NCBI GenBank assembly: GCA_965208325.1
Contig: OZ242326.1
Location: 4,096,001 to 4,160,000 of the forward strand
From: Candidatus Poribacteria bacterium
Lineage (GTDB): Bacteria > Poribacteria > WGA-4E > PCPOR2b
DNA: 64,000 nucleotides
Direction of reading: 5' to 3'
Shown here in pieces: positions 29,895 to 38,321 of the stretch. Positions within the stretch are counted from its first letter, which is position 1; the number at the start of each line of letters is the position of its first letter. The position numbers and the translations under genes are program-made. The notes under the pieces are model-generated. The model saw nothing but the letters and a program-made list of their open reading frames with translations, had not been told where the DNA came from and ran no database searches.

Positions 29895-30220
29895 ATTTCA
29901 AAAATAGCCATCATACTCCACATATCCGGTGGGTACAAAAAGCGCGTCCGTATTCAAACATACCATCTGCCGCGAATGGCAACCAAGCATTTTCGGGCGG
30001 CTTACTTCAAGGATATCAATTCAATACGTGTAATCCAACGTATCTATGGCAAACGGCGGCACAACCCAAATATTTCCGCTACATTTTCTATGCGGCGCAA
30101 CTCAAACTGTCCTTGCTGGAGAGAAATTAATATGAAAATAATTGGGTTTGCCGCGCGAGTCGAAAACAAAGCGCGAATGCCGCGCCATTCGGCGCCGTCA
30201 ACGCGCCAAATAATATTAGG

Positions 30221-30308
30221 CGGAGAGAGTGGGATTTGAACCCACGGTACGGTTTCCCGTACACATGATTTCCAGTCATGCCGATTCAGCCAGCTCTCGC
30301 ATCTCTCC
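30221..30308 (-). tRNA. tRNA-Ser(GGA)
   Basis: CATGA-CTGGAAA-TCATG anticodon arm, long variable arm. Confidence 0.95.
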
Positions 30309-30374
30309 GGAAAGCTGATGCAAGCAGGGAAAATCAAACAGCCTGATTACCCAAAAAAAATTGAAGGAAAGTAA

Positions 30375-30446
30375 TGGAGCAGACGGGATTTGAACCCGTG
30401 ACCTCATCCGTGCGAGGGATGCGCTCTCCCTCTGAGCTACTGCCCC
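30375..30446 (-). tRNA. tRNA-Ala(CGC)
   Basis: G3:U70 pair, CATCC-CTCGCAC-GGATG. Confidence 0.95.
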
Positions 30447-30452
30447 TTTAGG

Positions 30453-30540
30453 CGGAGAGAGTGGGATTTGAACCCACGGTACGGTTTCCCGCACAGCAGT
30501 TTTCGAGACTGCCCGATTCAGCCAGCTCTCGCATCTCTCC
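30453..30540 (-). tRNA. tRNA-Ser(CGA)
   Basis: GCAGT-CTCGAAA-ACTGC, long variable arm. Confidence 0.95.
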
Positions 30541-30546
30541 GTAATT

Positions 30547-30996
30547 TCAACGCCGGCGATTCTGAAAAAATGATTTTAGAAGACTGCTGCTCGCTTCTTC
30601 TAAGACACCGGATGTAACATCTACTTCGTGATTCAAACACCTGTTTTGTAACAAGTTGAACAACGTCCCAGCGGCTCCCGATTTGGGATCTGGCGCGGCA
30701 TAAACCAGGCGCGGTATGCGAGCCAAAACAATTGCGCCCGCACACATCGGACATGGCTCCAACGTCACATACAGGGTGGTGTCAATTAACCGCCAATCGC
30801 CAATCTTCCGAGAAGCCTCTCGTATAGCGATCAATTCGGCGTGGGCTGTTGGGTCGTTGGTCTGTTCTCGGAGATTGTGTGCGCGGGCAAGTTCCACGTC
30901 ATTTCTGATAATGACCGCTCCGACGGGCACTTCGCCGCGCGCAGCTCCTTGGCGCGCGGTTTCAAGCGCTTCACGCATCCAGAGCAGATCCGACAT
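30547..30996 (-). CDS. tadA: tRNA adenosine(34) deaminase
   Basis: GEVPVGA, DPTAHAE, TLEPCPMCAGA, FFQNRR. Confidence 0.96.
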   Translation of the reverse strand: MSDLLWMREALETARQGAARGEVPVGAVIIRNDVELARAHNLREQTNDPTAHAELIAIREASRKIGDWRLIDTTLYVTLEPCPMCAGAIVLARIPRLVYAAPDPKSGAAGTLFNLLQNRCLNHEVDVTSGVLEEASSSLLKSFFQNRRR

Positions 30997-31084
30997 ACAA
31001 CCCCGCAACCCAGATGGTAGGTTCTCGATTCCGATTGTTTGTGCCGTTCACGGAAAATCCCTACCTGCCGCGCAAAGAGAAATA

Positions 31085-31158
31085 AGCGCCTGAGAGGATT
31101 CGAACCCCCGACCTTCTGATCCGTAGTCAGATGCTCTGATCCACTGAGCTACAGGCGC
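31085..31158 (-). tRNA. tRNA-Arg(ACG)
   Basis: TCTGA-CTACGGA-TCAGA. Confidence 0.96.
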
Positions 31159-31165
31159 ATAGTCA

Positions 31166-31253
31166 TGGCGGAGAGGATGGGATTCGAACCCATGGTGGCT
31201 TGCGCCACAACTGCTTAGCAGGCAGCCCGATTCAACCGCTCTCGCACCTCTCC
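31166..31253 (-). tRNA. tRNA-Ser(GCT)
   Basis: GCTGC-CTGCTAA-GCAGT, long variable arm, CCA. Confidence 0.95.
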
Positions 31254-31268
31254 ACAAAATATACTGAA

Positions 31269-31356
31269 TGGCGGTGGGAGTAGGATTTGAACCCACGGTG
31301 ACTTTCGCCACAACGGTTTTCAAGACCGCCGCATTCGACCACTCTGCCATCCCACC
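31269..31356 (-). tRNA. tRNA-Ser(TGA)
   Basis: GCGGT-CTTGAAA-ACCGT, long variable arm, CCA. Confidence 0.95.
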
Positions 31357-31371
31357 TAAAAACGGTAGGTA

Positions 31372-31401
31372 ATTGTACCAAAATTAAACAGTCGTTGTCA
31401 A
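31372..31401 (-). promoter_or_regulatory. Sigma70 promoter of the tRNA/tadA operon
   Basis: TTGACA-18bp-TACAAT with extended TG on the minus strand. Confidence 0.75.
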
Positions 31402-31555
31402 TGGAAAATCAGGCGGCGAATGCGCACTTTTTGCGTTAGTCCGACGAGAAATTCCGATGCCGTGTCTATGCATTTTTATTCCGCACGAACCGTCGATTTT
31501 TGTTGCGAAGCCTGTTTCATCCATTTTCTTAAGCCTCGACTTCTTTTATTTTGGA

Positions 31556-31936
31556 GAGCGGGAATCAGAATTCCCCCCTACAAGAATCCGACCCTTGTAG
31601 GAGCGATCTCAGAATCGCGGCCTTTATATGAAACCGCGTATTTTCTTCAAAACTCGGTTTCTTAATCGCAGCAAAACCTGTACTTTAGCCCCAGCGGGGC
31701 GGCAGGTGTATAGAAAACACAGTAACCCCCACCCCAAAGCCCCAGCGGGGCGACAGGTATATAGAATACAACATCTTCGTAGATTGTGTGGATTCGACCA
31801 CTACATCGTCAGGAATCAAGACAAGACTATCGCCCTCCCAATTCGGCCGGTCGATCCCTTCTACCAAAACCCACCCCCTGTAGGACCAATCTCCGAATCG
31901 CGACACTCACTCGCTTCTCCACTCAGCCCAACCCAC
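31556..31936. repeat. Mosaic REP cluster
   Basis: Several GTAG/CTAC-footed motifs and two 29-bp direct repeats AGCCCCAGCGGGGCGRCAGGTRTATAGAA (31687, 31738). Confidence 0.65.
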
Positions 31937-32083
31937 ACATGCTTTACGAGCCGCTTGACTATCACACACCGCATCAGGTATATTAACAAAAAGATCGGTC
32001 GTTTCAAAACCTGACCAAACTGCCGCAGTTTTCCAGCTAAAGTCTCACGTATCGCCGTCTAAAGGATGGAGGAACGTTGAAAA

Positions 32084-32680
32084 GTGATGAATCACACGGT
32101 TGACGTTAACTTCGTAATATGCACGCTAATCTTTCCATGTGTAGGTTTCTTTTTAATGCTAACCCCATTAACGGGTTGCGGGCACACGCACCCGATACCT
32201 AAACACGCGCATCCCCACGAACACGACCATCACCATACCCATCAGCACGACCACACACATGACCCTTTAGAAGAAGTGTCACATGGCGAATTGGCGGGAA
32301 CGTATCGGCTTGAGAGCATTGCAAGGGTTCACCAAAATGAAGGTGTTGAACGGCCGTCGGGTTTGGAGGCGACAGGCGAAATACGAGGCGTACTAAGAAT
32401 AACACTGGACCATAAATTCGTAATAACCGCCGAAAACAATCCTAATTGGTTGGGATGGACGGACTTGTTCGCCTGGATGCCGGCATCATTTTACTATCGC
32501 AATTTGCCCGACTCACGAACTTTAGTTTTGTTTTATACCGACGGACATCGTTTTTTTAACAAAGACCCGGCCTATGCATTGGAATACAAGTGGAACGGTA
32601 CGGTCTTAACGCTTACACATTTTGCCCTTCACGGACGTTACTCAGCCGACAACGTCACAATGAAGTGGCGCAAGATATAG
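32084..32680 (+). CDS. Putative lipoprotein with His-rich N-terminus
   Basis: Hydrophobic leader, LTGC lipobox, GHTHPIPKHAHPHEHDHHHTHQHDHTHD, beta-rich body. Confidence 0.65.
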   Translation: MMNHTVDVNFVICTLIFPCVGFFLMLTPLTGCGHTHPIPKHAHPHEHDHHHTHQHDHTHDPLEEVSHGELAGTYRLESIARVHQNEGVERPSGLEATGEIRGVLRITLDHKFVITAENNPNWLGWTDLFAWMPASFYYRNLPDSRTLVLFYTDGHRFFNKDPAYALEYKWNGTVLTLTHFALHGRYSADNVTMKWRKI

Positions 32681-32717
32681 TTCTTCCAGAATGGGATCAA
32701 CTGTACGTATGGCTTTT

Positions 32718-32817
32718 GTGGGTTGGGTTAAGCGGGTTCGTGAATTACGCTGCACACGAGGTATGATTGCCACACCTAGATTCCATCTCAAGATAATAAC
32801 GACGTAGCAAACCCAAC
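32718..32817 (+). repeat. ~100-bp REP-like element with conserved ends
   Basis: GTGGGTTGGGTTAAGCG ... GCAAACCCAAC; siblings at 35307-35406, 35585-35687, 62908-63009 and 63846-63947. Confidence 0.65.
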
Positions 32818-32850
32818 GCTTTTTCTTTAACACAAGGAGAGAATTTCACT

Positions 32851-34182
32851 ATGAACCGAACCGATTCCGTCAATTGGCAACCCTATTCCCCAGCGCGCTT
32901 CGAGGGAAAGCTGTGCTATCATCTTTGCACAACGGATTCAGAACTGCCATTGCGAATGGTAATTGAAGGTTACACCGAACCAAACTACGAAACGATGACG
33001 TACAACTACTACTGGTGCTGTAACCAGATAGGCGTCCGCGCCGCCGTCAACGATGGATTGTCACATATCCTATTTGTTACCCGTTATAAAGGTAAAAACC
33101 GCCAATACGCGGAACGCTGCTTTATCGTAGGGTATTATGAAATCGGATGGACAGATACGGTCGGTAACCGCACGGTCATTCGTCCGAAAAAACTCTCCTT
33201 CACGCGGATAGAGGATGCGTACGAAATCACGCCCGAGAGGTGGAAACGTATCAATCCCGACGGTAAATCGTACCAACCTGAGAGTCTCCGCTACGCGACG
33301 CAGCGGCTCAAAGGGAGTCTATTTGAGGAAATCGTCACCCATCTCGACGCGCACGACGCCACGGCAGATTATCTGTTCGAGGTTGCCCGGCTTAAAGCCG
33401 AAACTAATCCCTTTGAAGTTAGTCCGGCGGGTCGTATATTTATTATCAACGTCGGTGCGAACACGGACCACCGGCAACAGAGCCCACTATTCGAAGACGG
33501 CAGTTTCGAATTCGTTCCCATCCCTGCTTCTTCCGACGACGGTTGCACCTTTGCAAATCTCCGCCAGTTTAATGCGCCCGACCGTCCGCTCATTGACCAA
33601 CTCCAGTCGTTAAACATCTCACCCACAACGCAGATTCACAACGATCCCGAGTTCGCCACGTTCACGTTTGGAGACAGCCCCATTGTAAAACCCGGGCTTA
33701 AACCGATGACAAAAGGCGATTTTCTATTCTTCCTGGTACGTTTAGTTCCCTACCGAAACAAGCAATATAAAAACCAAGAAGGGATATTCGCTTTTATCGG
33801 TTTCCTCGAGATCGAAGAGGTAATTCCCCTCCCCTCCGACTCAACCATCGAACCGCTTCTCACAAGCCCCGCGTTCAACCGTAACGCCCACGTGATGCGT
33901 TGGTTTAATGATCGCGTCCCTTACGACGACGGATACGTAGTTTACAAAGGCTCGATAAATTCTCGCCGTTTCCGTAAATCCATCAGATTGGACAGAGCGT
34001 TTGTAGAAGACATCCCGTTACTGACCGCTGCCGGCGCCCCATGGAACTGGGAGACAAACACTGAACTCGCCGTTATCAACTCGCACACACGCAGCGCACG
34101 CCTGCACATTGACCCGAACGCAAATTCGGAAGGCGCCGCCCGCTTCTGGTCGCGAATATTTGCATCCCAAGGGTGGTCTTGA
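32851..34182 (+). CDS. Two-domain protein with C-terminal Nmad3-like (nucleotide modification associated) domain
   Basis: IFIINVGAN..SPLFEDGSFEFVPIP..HNDPEF..FTFGD..GDFLFF..FIGFLEI; the N-terminal domain has a similar EPNYET..ILFVT..IVGYYEI pattern. Confidence 0.6.
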   Translation: MNRTDSVNWQPYSPARFEGKLCYHLCTTDSELPLRMVIEGYTEPNYETMTYNYYWCCNQIGVRAAVNDGLSHILFVTRYKGKNRQYAERCFIVGYYEIGWTDTVGNRTVIRPKKLSFTRIEDAYEITPERWKRINPDGKSYQPESLRYATQRLKGSLFEEIVTHLDAHDATADYLFEVARLKAETNPFEVSPAGRIFIINVGANTDHRQQSPLFEDGSFEFVPIPASSDDGCTFANLRQFNAPDRPLIDQLQSLNISPTTQIHNDPEFATFTFGDSPIVKPGLKPMTKGDFLFFLVRLVPYRNKQYKNQEGIFAFIGFLEIEEVIPLPSDSTIEPLLTSPAFNRNAHVMRWFNDRVPYDDGYVVYKGSINSRRFRKSIRLDRAFVEDIPLLTAAGAPWNWETNTELAVINSHTRSARLHIDPNANSEGAARFWSRIFASQGWS

Positions 34183-34283
34183 ACCGCCGCGGGTTAAACC
34201 CGCCGCACCTTTACACCTAAATGGATTTCCATGACTGTATAAACATTGGGCGTAAGTAAATAAGGACGAAACGAGGTGAAGAA

Positions 34284-35222
34284 ATGAATGAGACGATTGG
34301 ACGTTTGAAAAAGGTGTCATTACGCGAAGTGTGGCCCCGTGAACCAAGTGATTTTACACCGTGGCTTGCGGAGAACATTGATGTGTTAAACGATACCATT
34401 CACATGTCACTCTCAATCGAAGAACGTGAGCATCCCGCGGGGATGTTCAGCGCAGATCTCCTCGCAGAGGATGAATCTGGCAATCCTATTATTATTGAAA
34501 ATCAGCTTGAGCGCAGCAACCATGACCACCTCGGCAAGGTAATTACGTATTTGTCCGTACTTGGGGCGAAAGCGGCTATCTGGATTGTATCTGATCCTCG
34601 GCCTGAACACATCACCGCAATCACTTGGCTCAATGAATCGTCATCAGCTTCTTTCTATCTTGTCAAACTTGAGGCGATTCGAATCGGTGATTCATTGCCT
34701 GCGCCGATGCTGACACTGATTGTTGGCCCAAGTGAGGAGAGCGAACAAGCTGCCGAAACAAAGAAAGAACTCAAGGAGCAGCATCTTCTCCGCAACCGGT
34801 TTTGGTCTCAATTGTTGAGTCGTGCTCGGGAAAAAACATCGTTACATGCCAACATTGCGCCAAACGATCGCTCATACCTATGGACGCCGGTAAAAAATGG
34901 ATTGTACTTGCGTTACGGGGTGCGGCAGCACGCATCCGATGTGAAGTTATACATCGATCGAGGCGCAGATAAGAAGGATAGTGAGAACAGTGAGATTTTC
35001 GATGCGCTCTTTGAAGCTAAAGCAGAGATTGAAGAAGTTTTTGGCGAAACGCTTGATTGGTACCGACTCGAAGACAAGCGTGCCTGCCGAATCGACAAAG
35101 AAATTTCATTGGGCGGCTACCGCGACGAGGAAAAATGGCAAGATATTCACGAGGCCATGATCGATGCGATGATTCGGCTAGACAAAGCACTGAAGCCCTA
35201 TATTCAGAAGTTATCGCTCTAG
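34284..35222 (+). CDS. DUF4268 protein with N-terminal PD-(D/E)XK (NucS-like) nuclease domain
   Basis: LREVWP.E..DFTPWL, ADLLA, IIIENQL, HDHLGK.ITY; C-terminal RFW..L, LDW.RL..KRACRI. Confidence 0.85.
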   Translation: MNETIGRLKKVSLREVWPREPSDFTPWLAENIDVLNDTIHMSLSIEEREHPAGMFSADLLAEDESGNPIIIENQLERSNHDHLGKVITYLSVLGAKAAIWIVSDPRPEHITAITWLNESSSASFYLVKLEAIRIGDSLPAPMLTLIVGPSEESEQAAETKKELKEQHLLRNRFWSQLLSRAREKTSLHANIAPNDRSYLWTPVKNGLYLRYGVRQHASDVKLYIDRGADKKDSENSEIFDALFEAKAEIEEVFGETLDWYRLEDKRACRIDKEISLGGYRDEEKWQDIHEAMIDAMIRLDKALKPYIQKLSL

Positions 35223-35878
35223 CATTAATACCTTAAGGGATACAAAAGGATAGTATGATGGGGGCAACACACTACTCTTTACACCTGCCGTCAAAAGTTG
35301 CCGCTTGTAGGTTGGATTATACGGGCAAATAAAAGACGTTAAAAAAGTCGAATGGATATCGGTATTTGAATTTGTTCTGAAATTGTCAACACGCAGCGAA
35401 CCCAACAATCAACCGAGTGAATAACGAAGGCGGTAGTCTTGTCTTATTTACGAGACGTTTCGGTTGCCGGTTGTCGGTCGGAATGATAAATACGATTTGG
35501 AATAGAAGAAACAGAAGAGTTATTGGGGATTCGGGGCGGCGTTAGTGTTTGGTACTCGTTTAGGTTGGCGGAGGTTTTAAAAGCGTTGGGTTTCGCTCGA
35601 TTCATAGGATATTGTGCGTAGTTTGGTTGGCGGGGGTGGTTTATTAAACGGGCGATTTTTTGGGTGAATCTGCTCTACCCAACCTACAGGAGCTTACCGC
35701 AATTACATGAAAATTGGGAATTCCTCAAAGCTAACATGCCTGGGTTCAAAAGCAAAATAACCCAATCCAATGTCCAACAGTTTCATTACACGAGGCTATC
35801 AGATGGTTTACCGCAGAATATCAATGTTTACTATGATATACTTTACAAAGACTAAAATCGAGTCTAGGAGAACCGGCA

Positions 35879-36535
35879 ATGGCACAACTAGACCTCTTTT
35901 CCGTTTCAAATCACAATTCTCCTTTTCCGCAACCTCCGCCGAAAAATGAGAAAGCCACAGATACAATCAAAGGCTTCAAATACATAGAACGCTACATTAA
36001 CAAATGTGTACATGAACGGTTGATAGAACAGATTGACGGGAACTCATGGCTTGAAGATTTAAAGCGGCGTGTACAGCATTATGGTTTCAAGTACGACTAC
36101 AAAGCGCGGAAAGTCAACTATGGTATGCATATTGGGGATTTGCCGGAATGGCTGCAAATTCTTGGTCAAAAATTACATGAGGATGGTCACATGCCGGCAA
36201 TACCAGACCAAGTTATTGTTAACGAATACAAACCAGGGCAAGGGATTTCCAGTCATATTGATTGTGAACCTTGTTTTGAAAATATGATTGTCTCTTTGAG
36301 TTTGGGTTCAAGTTGTGTCATGGATTTCACGCACAAACTTGACAAGACAAAAAAAATACCTGTTTGGCTTGCGCCGCGAAGTATTATCGTATTGAGAGGT
36401 GAATCAAGATATTATTGGTTACACGGTATCGCTCCGAGAAAATCAGACCATTGGGATGGCCAAACGTATAATAGACAGCGCAGGGTATCGTTAACATTTA
36501 GAAAGGTGATTATCGAAAACCCTTTAAGGCAATAA
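35879..36535 (+). CDS. AlkB-family 2OG-Fe(II) dioxygenase
   Basis: RRVQHYG, NEY.PGQGISSHID (HxD), SLSLGS, WLHGI, RVSLTFR. Confidence 0.9.
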   Translation: MAQLDLFSVSNHNSPFPQPPPKNEKATDTIKGFKYIERYINKCVHERLIEQIDGNSWLEDLKRRVQHYGFKYDYKARKVNYGMHIGDLPEWLQILGQKLHEDGHMPAIPDQVIVNEYKPGQGISSHIDCEPCFENMIVSLSLGSSCVMDFTHKLDKTKKIPVWLAPRSIIVLRGESRYYWLHGIAPRKSDHWDGQTYNRQRRVSLTFRKVIIENPLRQ

Positions 36536-36882
36536 CTGTAGCTCGAAGCTTTTTCGAATCTACATATCGGTTTTGTGGGGTGGGCAGAGCGCATCCGATG
36601 AAGTATGCCCTCCCTTAATCATAACCAATCATTAAATCACACAAATCACAGTTCATGCAGTTGTTGTACGTCTGGCAGAGAGAGCGGAAGTGTCGCAATT
36701 CGAATACCGCTCCTACGCAGGCGGGTTTTGGGGGTAAATTCAAGTAATATCATAATTCCTCCGATTTAGGAATGTTGCCTGACTTATGGCGGTCGTAGTC
36801 AATCCATTTTAACATGGTTTGGCAATTGCCACTAAATTCTAAATTGGCACGGTTTTGAGCGTATATACCCGGACAAAATTGA

Positions 36883-37770
36883 ATGCAAACGCACATCATT
36901 ACCCGTGACCACATCGTTTATAGTTTCGACCGAGAGCATAGCCCAGTTCGAAAAATCGATCCAGGCGACAAAATCCGCTTTGAAACGTATGACGCGAGAA
37001 CCGGTACGATTCGGAGCGAAGACAATCTTCTCGACCGCCCGCATCCACGTGGCGCAAATCCCGCTACCGGACCGGTCTTCGTGAAAGGTGCCGAACCGGG
37101 TGATACGCTCCGCGTTGAGATTCTAGGGATTGAACTTGCATCGCAGGGTTTCATCGCTATAAAGGCGGGGTTAGGAAACTTGGGGCATCTCGCCGAAAAG
37201 TATGTGACTCGCCTCGTTCAGATAGAGGACGGCATCGTGCACTATGACGACCGCATCCATTTTCCGGTGCGCCCGATGATTGGCGTCATTGGCACCGCGC
37301 CCAGTGGAGAAGCGGTGCCTACGCTTTACCCCGGTCCCCACGGCGGCAATATGGATCATAACGACGTAAAGGTAGGTTCTTGTGTTTACCTGCCTGTTTT
37401 TGTAGAGGGTGCGTTATTTGGGGTCGGAGATGTTCATGCGGCGATGGGGGACGCTGAAGTTACAATGACTGGGATAGAGATTTGCGCTGAAGTCACCGTC
37501 CTAGTGAATCTCATCAAGGGTGAATCAATCACCCGTCCGTGGATCGAGACGGATGCTTCATGGATTACTACCGGCGACGCGCCCAAACTTGCCGATGCCA
37601 TCACAATTGCCTGCGAAGAAATGGCAAATCTCCTCCAGCAGAAGCTCTCCGTTTCATTCGACGACGCCTATCTGTTGATGAGCGCCATCGGCGACGTTCG
37701 GATTAGCCAATCCTGCCAGCCGAACCAATTTCCCTCCACAATTCGTGTCGTATTTCCCAAAATCGATTGA
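36883..37770 (+). CDS. Acetamidase/formamidase family protein
   Basis: NPATGPVFVKGAEPGDTL, PMIGVIG, HGGNMD, GDVHAAMGDAE. Confidence 0.9.
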   Translation: MQTHIITRDHIVYSFDREHSPVRKIDPGDKIRFETYDARTGTIRSEDNLLDRPHPRGANPATGPVFVKGAEPGDTLRVEILGIELASQGFIAIKAGLGNLGHLAEKYVTRLVQIEDGIVHYDDRIHFPVRPMIGVIGTAPSGEAVPTLYPGPHGGNMDHNDVKVGSCVYLPVFVEGALFGVGDVHAAMGDAEVTMTGIEICAEVTVLVNLIKGESITRPWIETDASWITTGDAPKLADAITIACEEMANLLQQKLSVSFDDAYLLMSAIGDVRISQSCQPNQFPSTIRVVFPKID

Positions 37771-38321
37771 CGCTTCCAAAAAATAATAGAGCCTGTACGT
37801 CCTTGAATTGACTGCTTACGGCCGTAATGAACGTTGACCTTGACGGCTGGTATATGGTATATTTTCACAATCTGAGCGGGATCGGATTTCCAATCGTGTA
37901 GAAGGCGAGCATAGCAGTGTAAAGAATTCGCCCCGGCAATCCGAGAATCTCATTCAACTATTTACGTGTCAGGTCAATCTCCTAAAATCACAAGCGTTAG
38001 AAGACATAGCGGAATGATGTAACGATGTAGCGGCAAAAAGCTCAATAGACTTTACTTGTCTCGATCAGGGACGTTAAACATCTATCGAAGAAAAGCCCAT
38101 GTCTGAATCCGGGGCTGCCAACCGGATTGGTCGTGGGCTTTTTGAATATAATGTCCTATCCTAGGATGCACGTTTGATATCGTTCGCAAAAAATGGTTTT
38201 GCCAGGTGTTTTTACTTACTTTATGGTTTCCGCGCTACTCCCTGTAGTCATGCAAATTTACTGGCACTACCACTAATTACGCCAGCCTGTAAGTCGGTGG
38301 GCCGTTGGAAGGAACTACCAG

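Noticed and set aside
30219..30490. attL/attR direct repeat from identical tRNA-Ser 3' ends
   Set aside because: Both copies belong to complete tRNA genes 230 bp apart.
31687..31766. Mini-CRISPR (two 29-bp repeats)
   Set aside because: Only two copies with a short low-complexity spacer; the same motif is dispersed at 27015 among REPs.
32718..35687. Integron attC cassettes
   Set aside because: The elements run GTTRRRY...RYYYAAC, the reverse of attC order; interiors are not palindromic; no integrase in the window.
36843..36860. Sigma54 promoter TTGGCACGGTTTTGAGC before the amidase gene
   Set aside because: GG-to-GC spacing is 11 rather than 10; not counted.
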